Positions 39,634-49,154 of a DNA stretch of 64,000 nucleotides are shown here, one piece after another. Below the pieces are notes generated by a model. It saw only the letters and a list, made by a program, of their open reading frames with translations. It was not told where the DNA came from and did not search any database. The stretch comes from Burkholderiaceae bacterium. Its GTDB lineage: Bacteria; Pseudomonadota; Gammaproteobacteria; Burkholderiales; Burkholderiaceae_C. The stretch spans positions 1,617-65,616 of the forward strand of contig JACSRS010000102.1 of NCBI GenBank assembly GCA_014879655.1. Reading direction: 5' to 3'. A program made the translations under genes and the position numbers. Positions within the stretch are counted from its first letter, which is position 1. Every line of letters starts with the position of its first letter.

Positions 39634-40364
39634 GCCCGCCGGCCGGCAATCATTTCAGTCTGGACGGGCTGGCCGTGCCCTTCGAGGGCGGTGAGACCCT
39701 GATGGCGGCCGCTACCCGCGCCGGGCAGTATGTGCCGCACCTGTGCTGGCACCCGACGCTGGGGCAGAGCGGCGCCTGCCGACTGTGCATCGTCAGCGTC
39801 GACGGGCGGATGGCGGCGGCCTGCACCACGCCCGCGGCAGCCGGGCAGGTGGTGGAAAACCGACGTCCCGACATCGATGCCCGGCGCAGGATGCTGTTGC
39901 AGATGCTGTTTGTGGAAGGCAATCATTTCTGCCCCAGCTGCGAGAAGAGCGGCGACTGCCTGCTGCAGGCCACCGGCTACGAAATGGGCATGACGGGGCC
40001 GCAGTTCGAGGAGTTCTATCCGAAGCGCGCCGTCGATGCCAGCCATCCCGACACGTGGATCGATTTCAACCGTTGCATCCAGTGCAAGCTGTGCGTGCGC
40101 GCCAGTCACGAAATCGATCACAAGGACGTGTTCGCCATCGGTGGTCATGGCATCGATTCGCACCTGCTGGTCAATTCACCCAGCGGCCAGTTGGGCGACA
40201 GCGTGTTCAGCGCCGACGACTTTGCTGCCACGGTGTGCCCGGTGGGCGCCATCCTGCCCAAACGCAGGGGATTTGTGGTCCCGATCGGCGAGCGGCGCTT
40301 TGACCGCGCTGCGATCAGCGAGATGCCTGCCACCCGAAAGGAGGCTGATGATGGACCGCGATGA
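39630..40364 (+). CDS. hoxU: Hydrogenase diaphorase small Fe-S subunit HoxU (NuoG N-terminal-like)
   Basis: 244 aa. 2Fe-2S and 4Fe-4S cysteine clusters (CRLCIVSVDG, CPSCEKSGDCLLQ, CIQCKLCVRA). ATGA overlap with hoxF. Confidence 0.9.
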   Translation: MSPPAGNHFSLDGLAVPFEGGETLMAAATRAGQYVPHLCWHPTLGQSGACRLCIVSVDGRMAAACTTPAAAGQVVENRRPDIDARRRMLLQMLFVEGNHFCPSCEKSGDCLLQATGYEMGMTGPQFEEFYPKRAVDASHPDTWIDFNRCIQCKLCVRASHEIDHKDVFAIGGHGIDSHLLVNSPSGQLGDSVFSADDFAATVCPVGAILPKRRGFVVPIGERRFDRAAISEMPATRKEADDGPR

Positions 40365-40959
40365 TGCTGCGCTTACGGTAGCCGGTTCTGCCGGTGAATC
40401 CGGCGGTGAGCCGGGCCCTCAGCGCAAGCTGCGGGTGGCCACGGTGTCGCTGGCCGGTTGTTTCGGCTGCCACATGTCGCTGCTCGACATCGACGAGCGC
40501 CTGTTTGCGCTGGCCGAGCGCGTCGAGTTCGACCGCTCGCCGCTGACCGACATCAAGCATTGCGGCCCTTGCGACATCGGGCTGGTCGAGGGCGGCCTGT
40601 GCAATGCCGAAAACGTCCATGTCCTGCGCGAGTTTCGCGCCCGCTGCAAGGTGCTGGTGGCGGTGGGCGCCTGCGCCATCAATGGAGGTCTGCCGGCGCA
40701 GCGCAATGCGCTGGACATCGGCCAGATTCTGGTCGATGTGTACCAGAACCGGCGCGGACTTGGTGCCAGTTCGGCGGTGCCCGACGATCCCGAACTGCCG
40801 CTGCCGCTGGCGCGCGTTCACCCGATCCACGAGGTGGTGCATATCGATCATTTCCTGCCCGGCTGCCCGCCCGGCGCAGATGCCATCTGGGCTTTTCTGA
40901 CTGCCTTGCTCGATGGCCGCGAGCCGCATCTCGGGCGGGGCCTGATTCACTATGACTGA
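40348..40959 (+). CDS. hoxY: [NiFe] hydrogenase small subunit HoxY (group 3d)
   Basis: Track ORF 40036..40959 trimmed to MMDRDD (40348). VATVSLAGCFGCHMSLLDI, GACAINGG and PGCPP cluster ligands. Confidence 0.9.
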   Translation: MMDRDDAALTVAGSAGESGGEPGPQRKLRVATVSLAGCFGCHMSLLDIDERLFALAERVEFDRSPLTDIKHCGPCDIGLVEGGLCNAENVHVLREFRARCKVLVAVGACAINGGLPAQRNALDIGQILVDVYQNRRGLGASSAVPDDPELPLPLARVHPIHEVVHIDHFLPGCPPGADAIWAFLTALLDGREPHLGRGLIHYD

Positions 40960-42457
40960 GAACACGCCGCCGCAGACGCCGACGACCGAAACCCTGCGCC
41001 GGGTGGCGATCGACCCGGTCTCGCGTGTGGAAGGCCATGGCAAGGTGACGCTGCTGCTGGATGATGACAACCGCGTCGTGCAGGCCCGGCTGCACATCGT
41101 CGAGTTCCGCGGCTTCGAGAGCTTCATCGTCGGCCGCCCGTACTGGGAAGTGCCGGTGATGGTGCAGCGACTTTGCGGCATCTGCCCGGTCTCGCACCAC
41201 CTGGCGGCGAGCAAGGCGCTGGATGCGGCGCTCGGGGTGGCTGCCATTCCGGCGTCGGCGCGGGCCATGCGCGAGCTGATGCACTACGGCCAGATCATGC
41301 AGTCGCATGCGCTGCATTTTTTCCACCTGTCGTCGCCCGACCTGCTGTTCGGCTTTGACAGCGACGTCAACCGCCGCAACATCATCGGCGTCGCCGCTGC
41401 CCACCCCGATATCGCACGCCAGGGGGTGCTGCTGCGCAAGTACGGCCAGGAAGTGATTCGCCTGACGGCCGGCAAGCGGGTGCACGGCACCGGCTCGGTC
41501 CCGGGCGGTATCAACCGCCACCTGACCCGCGTCGAGCGCGACGAACTGGCGGCCCAGGTGCCGCAGATGCTGGCCTGGTGCGAGCAGGCGGTTGACCTCG
41601 CGGCGGCGCTGCAGGCGCAGAACCCGGCGCTGTATCAGAACTTCGGCAGCTTTGAATCGAGCTGGATGTCGCTGGTGCGCGGCGATGGCGCGATGGCGCT
41701 GTACGACGGCCGGCTGCGCGTGCGCAGCGCCGACGGCCGCGTGCTGGTGGATGACGTCGATCCGCAAACCTATGCCGACCTGATCATCGAGGAGACGGCG
41801 CCGTGGACTTACATGAAGTTCCCGCACCTGGTCGCACTCGGCGCCGAAGCCGGCTGGTACCGGGTCGGCCCGCTGGCGCGGGTGCAGAACTGCGATTTCA
41901 TTGCCACGCCGCGGGCCGAGGCGCAGCGCCAGCGATTCCTGGCCCACGGGCCGGTGCATGCCACGCTGGCCTATCACTGGGCGCGCATGATCGAAATGTT
42001 GCACGCGATGGAGGTCATCGCCGAACTGCTGCAGGACGACGCACTGATCGACGGCGAGCGCATTGCGCCCCTGCCCGCACAGCGGCCGGCGCGGCGCGAA
42101 GGGGTGGGGGTGCTCGAAGCGCCCCGGGGCACGCTGATCCATCACTACGAGATCGGCGACGACGACCTGATCACCTGGTGCAACCTGATCGTCAGCACCA
42201 CCCACAACAACCGCGCCATGAACGAGTCGGTGCGCGCGGTGGCGGCCGAGTATTTTGATGGCCGGGAAGTCACGCCCGGCCTGCTCAATCACATCGAGGT
42301 CGCGATTCGCGCCTACGACCCCTGCCTCAGCTGCGCCACCCATGCGCTGGGGCAGATGCCGCTGGAACTGCGGCTGTTGGGTGCCGACGGCCGCATGCGC
42401 AGCGGACTGCGACGCAATGGCGACGGCCGCATCGAGCAGCTGGAGACTGCACCATGA
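40952..42457 (+). CDS. hoxH: [NiFe] hydrogenase large subunit HoxH (group 3d)
   Basis: 501 aa. RVEGHG, N-terminal RLCGICPVSHH and C-terminal DPCLSCATH Ni-Fe ligand motifs, followed by a cleavable C-terminal extension. Confidence 0.95.
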   Translation: MTENTPPQTPTTETLRRVAIDPVSRVEGHGKVTLLLDDDNRVVQARLHIVEFRGFESFIVGRPYWEVPVMVQRLCGICPVSHHLAASKALDAALGVAAIPASARAMRELMHYGQIMQSHALHFFHLSSPDLLFGFDSDVNRRNIIGVAAAHPDIARQGVLLRKYGQEVIRLTAGKRVHGTGSVPGGINRHLTRVERDELAAQVPQMLAWCEQAVDLAAALQAQNPALYQNFGSFESSWMSLVRGDGAMALYDGRLRVRSADGRVLVDDVDPQTYADLIIEETAPWTYMKFPHLVALGAEAGWYRVGPLARVQNCDFIATPRAEAQRQRFLAHGPVHATLAYHWARMIEMLHAMEVIAELLQDDALIDGERIAPLPAQRPARREGVGVLEAPRGTLIHHYEIGDDDLITWCNLIVSTTHNNRAMNESVRAVAAEYFDGREVTPGLLNHIEVAIRAYDPCLSCATHALGQMPLELRLLGADGRMRSGLRRNGDGRIEQLETAP

Positions 42458-42939
42458 GCGTGGCACCGCTGCTGGTCCTGGCGGTGGGCAACCCGAGCCG
42501 CGGCGACGATGCGCTGGGGCCGATGCTGCTGGACCGGCTGCGCGAAGCTGCGCACAGCGATGTCGAGTACCTCGAAGATTTTCAGTTGCAGGTCGAGCAT
42601 GCGCTCGATCTGGCTGGGCGTCAGGCGGTGCTGTTCGTCGACGCGGCGCTGCCCGGCTCGGCAGTGGGTGCGGACCTGACACCGCTGAGCGCCGACGCCC
42701 AGGTGCCGCCGGCCAGCCACGCGCTGCGCCCCCAGGCCGTGCTGTGCGTCGCCCAGCAATTGCCGGTCCCGGTGCCGCCCGCCTGGCAGCTGGCGATCCA
42801 AGGCGAGCGCTTTGCACTCGGTGAAGGCCTGAGTCTCTTTGCGCAGCAGAACCTGGAAGCCGCGGTGGAACTGGCAAGAAACTGGGTAGCTGCGCGGCGG
42901 GCCGAGCGGCCCGAGACGGGCGAGGTCGCCCATGCATGA
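42454..42939 (+). CDS. hoxW: Hydrogenase maturation endopeptidase HoxW
   Basis: 161 aa. LLVLAVGNPSRGDDALGPML typical of HycI/HoxW proteases. ATGA overlap with hoxH. Confidence 0.85.
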   Translation: MSVAPLLVLAVGNPSRGDDALGPMLLDRLREAAHSDVEYLEDFQLQVEHALDLAGRQAVLFVDAALPGSAVGADLTPLSADAQVPPASHALRPQAVLCVAQQLPVPVPPAWQLAIQGERFALGEGLSLFAQQNLEAAVELARNWVAARRAERPETGEVAHA

Positions 42940-43273
42940 ACTGAGTCTGGCTGGCGGCATTCTGGGCATCGTCGAGGCGGCGGCGCAGCGAGAGTCGTTT
43001 GCCCGCGTGCGGCAGCTGCATCTGTGCGTGCCGGCGCTGGCGGGCGTCGAGGTCGAGGCCCTGCGTTTTGCGCTGCAGGCGGTTGCGCCGGGTACCGTGA
43101 TCGAAGGGGCCGAACTGGTGATTGATGAGCCGGCGGCGCGGGCTCGCTGCGCGGCCTGTGGCGGCATGACCGCGGTGCGCGAGCAAGCCCGGCCGTGCCC
43201 GCATTGCGGCGCCTACCGGCTGCAGGTCCTGCCCGATGGCGGGCTGCGGGTGGTCGACCTGCTGGTGGCCTGA
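42932..43273 (+). CDS. hypA: Hydrogenase nickel incorporation protein HypA
   Basis: 113 aa. N-terminal MHELSL Ni-binding motif and CxxC...CPHC zinc site (CAACGG...CPHCG). Confidence 0.9.
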   Translation: MHELSLAGGILGIVEAAAQRESFARVRQLHLCVPALAGVEVEALRFALQAVAPGTVIEGAELVIDEPAARARCAACGGMTAVREQARPCPHCGAYRLQVLPDGGLRVVDLLVA

Positions 43274-43308
43274 ACGGGTAGCAGGCGTTTGACAAGGAGG
43301 AAGCAGCG

Positions 43309-44214
43309 ATGTGCGTGATTTGTGGTTGTGGGCAGGCGTCGGGGCATCCGGGTAGCGGGCACGCGGCTGATCGCGCGCCGGCTGCGGCTGCGGCGGCTGG
43401 TCTGGTCGATGCCACGGCTTCGGTCCCGGGCCTGAGCCCGCAGCGGGCGGTGCAACTCGAAGCCGATGTGCTCGGCGCCAACCAGCGCATTGCCGACCAC
43501 AACCGGGCGCACTTTGCGGTGCACGGGGTGGCGGCGTTCAACCTGTTGTCGAGCCCTGGCGCGGGCAAGACCACGTTGTTGTGCGCCACCGTCGCCGCGC
43601 TGCGCCAGCGCCGGCCCGACCTGCCGCTGGCGGTGATCGAAGGTGATCAGCAGACGCAACTGGACGCCGACCGCATTCGGGCCACCGGTACACCGGCCAT
43701 TCAGGTCAACACCGGTCGGGGCTGCCACCTCGACGCGCAGATGGTGGCCCAGGCCTTCGCCCGCCTGCCGCTTCACGCGGGGCCTCATCAGCATCAGCAT
43801 CACGACCACGACCACGACCACGACCACGACTGCGGCAGTCAGCCGCACGCTCACGTGGATGGCCGGTCGCTGCTGTTCATCGAGAACGTCGGCAACCTGG
43901 TCTGCCCGGCGCTGTGGGACCTCGGTGAGGCGGCCAAGGTGGTGATCCTGTCGGTCACCGAGGGCGAAGACAAGCCGTCCAAGTACCCCGACATGTTTGC
44001 CGCCGCCGACCTGCTGCTGATCAACAAGATCGACCTGCTGCCCTACGTGGACTTCGACGTCGGGCGCTGCATCGAGCTGGCCCGCCGGGTGCGGCCGGAC
44101 ATCCTGGTGCTCCAGCTGTCTGCCCGTAACGGCGAAGGTTTGGAAGCCTGGGTCGACTGGCTGCTGCAGCCCCGGGCAAGCGCACCTGTGCAGCTTTCGG
44201 TGGTGCAAGCATGA
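43309..44214 (+). CDS. hypB: Hydrogenase nickel incorporation GTPase HypB
   Basis: N-terminal MCVICGCG high-affinity site, P-loop [34 protein letters not shown]. Carries an internal His/Asp-rich insertion. Confidence 0.9.
   Translation: MCVICGCGQASGHPGSGHAADRAPAAAAAAGLVDATASVPGLSPQRAVQLEADVLGANQRIADHNRAHFAVHGVAAFNLLSSPGAGKTTLLCATVAALRQRRPDLPLAVIEGDQQTQLDADRIRATGTPAIQVNTGRGCHLDAQMVAQAFARLPLHAGPHQHQHHDHDHDHDHDCGSQPHAHVDGRSLLFIENVGNLVCPALWDLGEAAKVVILSVTEGEDKPSKYPDMFAAADLLLINKIDLLPYVDFDVGRCIELARRVRPDILVLQLSARNGEGLEAWVDWLLQPRASAPVQLSVVQA
43786..43830 (+). repeat. In-frame hexanucleotide microsatellite (CATCAG)x2-CAT-(CACGAC)x5 encoding [15 protein letters not shown] inside hypB
   Basis: Read directly: catcagcatcagcat cacgaccacgaccacgaccacgaccacgac, in the hypB frame (codon 160 onward). 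Confidence 0.9.
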
Positions 44215-45425
44215 ACGTACCGGGCGGGCTCGCGCCGTTGTCTATGCAGACGCTGCCCCAGCGAGCGGCGGCCCCGGTGCTGGCTGTTGGCGCTTTCCTG
44301 AAAAATCGCGCCTGTCTGGTGGACGGCAACCGACTGCTTTGGTCGACGTCGCATGGTGACCTCGGTGGGGTTGACGCCTGCCGCGCGCTGGCAGCCTCAA
44401 TCGAGCAACTGCTGGCACAAGCCGGCCGGCCGCCGCTGGCGGTGGCCCATGACCTGCACCCCGACTTTCCCAGCACGCACCAGGCCATCGCGCTGGCGGA
44501 GAAGCTGGGCGTGCCTGCGATGGCGGTGCAGCACCACCATGCGCACATCGCCGCCGTGCAGGCGGAGCACGGTCTGACCGGGCCGGTGGTCGGCATCGCC
44601 CTCGATGGCTTTGGTCTGGGCAGTGACGGCCAGGCCTGGGGAGGCGAACTGCTCTGGGTTGATGGCGCCCGCTGGCACCGGCTGGCCCATCTGCCGCAGC
44701 TGGCGCTGCCGGGTGGCGACCGCGCGGCGCGTGAGCCCTGGCGTCTGGTGGCGGCGCTGCTGCACGCTTCGGGCCGTGGGGAAGAGATCGCGTTGCGTCT
44801 GGGGCCGGTGGTGGGCGAGCAGGCCGCGCGCGTCGTGCAGCAGATGCTGTCGCGAGGCCTGCACTGTCCGCCCACCAGCAGCGTCGGGCGCTGGTTCGAT
44901 GCCGCCGCCGCTGCCCTGGGCCTGTGTGTGACGCAGCAGGGTGAGGCCGAAGCCGCGATGACCCTGGAGGCGCTGGCCGCCGACTGGCTGCAGCGCAACC
45001 CGGGGTTTGATACGGCGTGGAACAGCTTGGATCTGTACGCACTGCTTGGTAGTCTGCTGGCGGTGGATCAGGCCGATACCGAAGCGGTGGCGCGGGGCGC
45101 AGCGGCCTTTCATCTGGGGCTGGCCGACGGTCTGGCAGCGGCAGCGATTGTGGCGGCAAAGCAGCGCAACTGCCGAAACGTCGTGTTGGGCGGCGGTTGC
45201 CTGGTCAACCGCGTGCTGCGTCAGCGCCTCGTGGCCGCCTTGCTTAGGGCGGGTCTGACGGTGCACAGCGCGGAACCAGCAGCCAGCGGCGACGCCCACC
45301 TGGCGCTTGGGCAGGCCTGGGTTGCCGGTCAGGCGCTGATGGAAGCCGGCCGAGCTTCGGTGATGCCGGCCATGCCGCCGCATACGGTTTCGCCGGCGGT
45401 GGCCGAATTGCAAGGTGCGAACTGA
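44211..45425 (+). CDS. hypF: Truncated HypF-type carbamoyltransferase (Kae1-like C-terminal domain only)
   Basis: 404 aa. Matches the C-terminal half of HypF ([12 protein letters not shown]..., [60 protein letters not shown]). No acylphosphatase, Zn-finger or YrdC-like part. Confidence 0.8.
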   Translation: MNVPGGLAPLSMQTLPQRAAAPVLAVGAFLKNRACLVDGNRLLWSTSHGDLGGVDACRALAASIEQLLAQAGRPPLAVAHDLHPDFPSTHQAIALAEKLGVPAMAVQHHHAHIAAVQAEHGLTGPVVGIALDGFGLGSDGQAWGGELLWVDGARWHRLAHLPQLALPGGDRAAREPWRLVAALLHASGRGEEIALRLGPVVGEQAARVVQQMLSRGLHCPPTSSVGRWFDAAAAALGLCVTQQGEAEAAMTLEALAADWLQRNPGFDTAWNSLDLYALLGSLLAVDQADTEAVARGAAAFHLGLADGLAAAAIVAAKQRNCRNVVLGGGCLVNRVLRQRLVAALLRAGLTVHSAEPAASGDAHLALGQAWVAGQALMEAGRASVMPAMPPHTVSPAVAELQGAN

Positions 45426-45426
45426 C

Positions 45427-45687
45427 ATGTGCCTGGCCCTGCCGGCCCTCGTGGTCGCCCTGCTCGAAGCACCGCACCAGGCGCTGGTTGAACTCGGAGG
45501 CGTTCGCAAAACGGTTTCGCTGGAACTGACGCCCGAGGCCAGGGTCGGCGACTACGTGATCGTGCATGTCGGCCATGCCATCGGGCTGCTCGATCCCGAA
45601 GAGGCCGCGCAGACGCTCGCGCTGTTCGGTGAACTGGCCGCGTCGCAGGCCGCCACCGGGTCGCCGCCGCTGGAGCCGCAGCCATGA
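45427..45687 (+). CDS. hypC: Hydrogenase assembly chaperone HypC
   Basis: Begins MCLALPA (essential Cys2). Track ORF 45415 trimmed by 4 codons. VGDYVIVHVGHAI. Confidence 0.9.
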   Translation: MCLALPALVVALLEAPHQALVELGGVRKTVSLELTPEARVGDYVIVHVGHAIGLLDPEEAAQTLALFGELAASQAATGSPPLEPQP

Positions 45688-46847
45688 AATACGTCACCGA
45701 GTTTCGCGATGGCGTGCTGGCGGCCAAGGTGGCTGGCCGCGTCGCGGCCGAGGTCGAGCCGGGGCGCGACTATGCGTTCATGGAGTTCTGCGGCGGTCAC
45801 ACCCATGCCATCGCTCGCCATGGCATTGCCGACCTGTTGCCGCCGAACGTGCGCATGGTGCACGGCCCCGGCTGCCCGGTGTGCGTGCTGCCGGTGGGGC
45901 GCATCGACATGGCGACCGAACTGGCGCTCAGGCGCGGCGTCGTGCTGGCAACTTACGGCGACGTGATGCGGGTGCCGGCCTCGGACACGCTGTCGTTGAT
46001 GGGTGCCAAGGCCCGTGGCGCCGATGTGCACATGGTCTATTCACCCGCCGATGCTCTGGCGCTGGCGCTTGCCCGGCCGCAGCGCGAGGTGGTCTTCCTG
46101 GCGGTGGGTTTCGAGACCACCGCGCCAGCCACGGCGGTGCTGATCCGCCAGGCGGCGGCAGAAGGCGTGCCCAACATCAGCGTTCTCTGCAACCACGTGC
46201 TGACACCCCCGGCCATCGCGCAGATGGTGGAGCCGGCGACTGCGCACGGGGAGTTGGCGAGCCTTTTACCTGATGCACCCAAAGCGCGCCTGGACGGCTT
46301 TGTCGGGCCGGCGCATGTCAGCATCGTGATCGGCTCGAAACCTTACGAGCCTTTTGCCCGCGATCACCACAAGCCGGTGGTGATTGCCGGTTTTGAACCC
46401 CTGGATGTGATGCAGGCGGTGCTGATGCTGGTGCGGCAGGTCAACCAGGGCCGCGCCGAGGTCGAAAACGAATTCACCCGGGCGGTCACCCGCGATGGCA
46501 ACCCGGTGGCCCAGCGGGTGATGGCCGAGGTGCTGGAGACGCGCAGCCGTTTCGAATGGCGCGGGCTTGGGGAGTTGCCCGCCAGCGGTCTGCAGATTCG
46601 CCCGGAATACGCCGCCTTCGATGCCGAGCGCCGGTACGGCCTGACGTACCGCGCGGTAGCCGATCATCCGCAATGTGATTGCGGGGCCATTCTGCGCGGC
46701 CTGAAGCAACCGGTGGACTGCAAGCTGTTCGCCAACGTTTGCACACCGCAGACACCGATGGGCTCGTGCATGGTGTCATCCGAAGGCGCCTGCGCGGCGC
46801 ACTACTCGTACGGGCGCTTTCGCGACATCGCCGTGGTGGCGGGTTGA
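45684..46847 (+). CDS. hypD: Hydrogenase formation protein HypD
   Basis: 387 aa. MEFCGGHTH, GPGCPVCV, GFETTAP and a C-terminal Cys cluster. Confidence 0.95.
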   Translation: MKYVTEFRDGVLAAKVAGRVAAEVEPGRDYAFMEFCGGHTHAIARHGIADLLPPNVRMVHGPGCPVCVLPVGRIDMATELALRRGVVLATYGDVMRVPASDTLSLMGAKARGADVHMVYSPADALALALARPQREVVFLAVGFETTAPATAVLIRQAAAEGVPNISVLCNHVLTPPAIAQMVEPATAHGELASLLPDAPKARLDGFVGPAHVSIVIGSKPYEPFARDHHKPVVIAGFEPLDVMQAVLMLVRQVNQGRAEVENEFTRAVTRDGNPVAQRVMAEVLETRSRFEWRGLGELPASGLQIRPEYAAFDAERRYGLTYRAVADHPQCDCGAILRGLKQPVDCKLFANVCTPQTPMGSCMVSSEGACAAHYSYGRFRDIAVVAG

Positions 46848-46851
46848 AGGC

Positions 46852-47919
46852 GTGGCCGTGAAGCGCCCCGACTACATTCGCCCGCTGGACTTCAGGCGCG
46901 GCGTGATCGACATGAACCATGGCGCGGGTGGCCGCGCTTCCGCGCAACTGATCGATGAGCTGTTTCTGCCGGCCTTCGACAACCCGGCCTTGCGCCAGGG
47001 CGACGATGGCGCGCGGCTGGACGACCTGGCGCTGGCGTCGGGCGAGCGCCTGGTCATGGCCACCGACGCGCATGTGGTGTCGCCGCTGTTTTTCCCCGGC
47101 GGCGACATCGGCTGCCTGGCGGTCTACGGCAGCGTCAACGACGTGGCCATGTTGGGTGCCCGCCCGTTGTACCTGAGCGCCAGTTTCATCCTCGAAGAAG
47201 GTCTGGCGCTGGCCGCGCTGCGCCGCGTCGTCGATTCGATGGCGGCGGCCGCGCGTGCCGCAGGTGTGCCGGTGGTCACGGGCGACACCAAGGTGGTGCA
47301 AAGCGGCAAGGGCGACGGTGTGTTCATCACCACGACCGCGATCGGCGTGCTGCCGCCGGGGCGGCACATCGGCGGCGCGCGGGCCCGGGCGGGCGATGCC
47401 GTGCTGGTCTCCGGCCCGGTGGGCGCGCATGGCGTGGCGGTGCTGTCGCAGCGCGAATCGCTGGAGTTCGAGACCACCATCGAGTCGGACTGCGCGCCGC
47501 TGCACGAATTGGTGGCGCATCTGCTTGCGACCTTGCCCGAAGGCGCGGTGCACGTGATGCGAGACCCCACCCGCGGCGGGCTGGCGACCACGCTGAACGA
47601 AATCGCCCGTCAGTCGGGTCTGGGCATGCTGCTGCAGGAGGCGGCGATTCCGGTGCTGCCGCAGGTGGCTGCGGCGTGCGAGTTGCTGGGGCTCGATCCG
47701 CTGTACATCGCCAATGAAGGCAAGTGCGTTGTGATCTGCGCGACCGAGCATGCGGACGCCGCGCTGGCGGCGCTGCGCGCGCACCCGTTGGGGCAGGGCG
47801 CTGCGCGCATCGGCGAATGCATTGCGGACCCGCAGCATTTTGTCCAGATGGCCACCGGATTCGGTGGCCGGCGTGTGGTCGACTGGCTGGCGGGCGATCC
47901 GCTGCCGCGCATCTGCTGA
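46852..47919 (+). CDS. hypE: Hydrogenase maturation carbamoyl dehydratase HypE
   Basis: 355 aa. PurM-like fold. HGAGG N-terminus and the invariant C-terminal PRIC. Confidence 0.95.
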   Translation: MAVKRPDYIRPLDFRRGVIDMNHGAGGRASAQLIDELFLPAFDNPALRQGDDGARLDDLALASGERLVMATDAHVVSPLFFPGGDIGCLAVYGSVNDVAMLGARPLYLSASFILEEGLALAALRRVVDSMAAAARAAGVPVVTGDTKVVQSGKGDGVFITTTAIGVLPPGRHIGGARARAGDAVLVSGPVGAHGVAVLSQRESLEFETTIESDCAPLHELVAHLLATLPEGAVHVMRDPTRGGLATTLNEIARQSGLGMLLQEAAIPVLPQVAAACELLGLDPLYIANEGKCVVICATEHADAALAALRAHPLGQGAARIGECIADPQHFVQMATGFGGRRVVDWLAGDPLPRIC

Positions 47920-48134
47920 GGCAGGCGGGGGGCAGAAAGCCCGCTACCTGACGACCGCCTCGCCATCGATCATCAAACGCCTGCGAGTGGCCAGAGGCGC
48001 GGGTGATCGCCCCAGGCAAGCCAGGATCGGCCGCACGAGCGGAAGCAGGCACCCGGCCGCAAGCGCCCGGTTTCAGCTGCCCGCACAATCGCTGCCTGGA
48101 GACTGCCGCTGCGGACACACAAGGAGACTTTTCG

Positions 48135-49154
48135 ATGACGGTGACCACCACCGAACGGTTTGAAACCGATGCGCCGGCGCTGCTTGCGCTGGACTGGGGC
48201 ACCAGCAGCCTGCGCGCGTATCTGCTCGATTCAAAGGGAGAAACCGCCGTGCGGCGGGAAGCGCCCTGGGGAATCCTGCACCTGCCTCGCCCGGCAGCCG
48301 AGGGCGGTTTCGACGATGCGCTTGAAGCCGTGGCGGGCGACTGGCTCACGCGCTGGCCTGGCCTGCCGGTGCTGGCCGGCGGCATGGTCGGCAGCGCGCA
48401 GGGATGGCGGGAGGCGCCCTACGTGCATTGCCCGGCCGACCTGTCGGCGCTGGCGGGTCAGCTGGCCTGCGTAACAGCGCGCTCGGGTGCGACGGTTCAC
48501 ATCGTGCCCGGCGTGCTGTTGCCCGGCCGCAGCGACAGCCATGGCAACCGCCTGCATCCGGACGTGATGCGCGGTGAAGAGGTGCAGATAGCCGGCGCCC
48601 TCTCGGCACACCCCGAGTGGGCGCGCGAGGTCTGCATGGTGCTGCCGGGCACGCATTCGAAATGGGCGTGGGTCGAGCGCGGCGTGCTCACGCACTTTGC
48701 AACCAGCATGGCCGGCGAGTTGTTTGCCGTGCTGCGCCAGCATTCGATTCTTGGGCGGCTGATGCCGGCCAGCGGCGCGGTCGAGCAGGACCCGTCTGCC
48801 TTTCTTCGCGGCGTGGACGCGGGTTATCACGCTGCGCCCGGCCAGCTGATCACCCGGCTGTTCGGTGTGCGTTCGCTCGGCCTGACCGGCGAACTGCAAC
48901 CGCAGGCGCTGCCCGACTATCTGTCGGGGCTGCTGATCGGGAGCGAACTGGCCGCGATGTTGCGCGGCAGCGAGGTCGCTGCCAACACGCCACTGGTGCT
49001 GGTGGGGACGCCCGAGCTGACGCAGCGCTACCAGCGCGCGATGCAGGTGGCGGGGCGCGAGCCGGAGGCCGTGCTCGACAACACCGCGCCGCAGGGTCTG
49101 TGGAAAATCGCCGGACTGGCCGGACTGGTCAACCTTCAAGGAGCAAAAGCATGA
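48135..49154 (+). CDS. dgoK: 2-dehydro-3-deoxygalactonokinase
   Basis: Track ORF trimmed to ATG 48135 (AAGGAGA RBS). LLALDWGTSSLRAYLL N-terminal motif. Followed by dgoA with an overlapping stop/start. Confidence 0.75.
   Translation: MTVTTTERFETDAPALLALDWGTSSLRAYLLDSKGETAVRREAPWGILHLPRPAAEGGFDDALEAVAGDWLTRWPGLPVLAGGMVGSAQGWREAPYVHCPADLSALAGQLACVTARSGATVHIVPGVLLPGRSDSHGNRLHPDVMRGEEVQIAGALSAHPEWAREVCMVLPGTHSKWAWVERGVLTHFATSMAGELFAVLRQHSILGRLMPASGAVEQDPSAFLRGVDAGYHAAPGQLITRLFGVRSLGLTGELQPQALPDYLSGLLIGSELAAMLRGSEVAANTPLVLVGTPELTQRYQRAMQVAGREPEAVLDNTAPQGLWKIAGLAGLVNLQGAKA

Noticed and set aside
40679-43204. 841-aa ORF on the minus strand across hoxH-hoxW-hypA
   Set aside because: Antisense to genes with unmistakable hydrogenase motifs. 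The translation is R/A/P/G-rich low complexity, which is the typical GC-rich open-frame artefact.
43786-43830. Tandem repeat considered as a CRISPR or contingency locus
   Set aside because: It is a 6-nt in-frame coding microsatellite inside hypB with no spacers. It is kept only as a coding-repeat observation.
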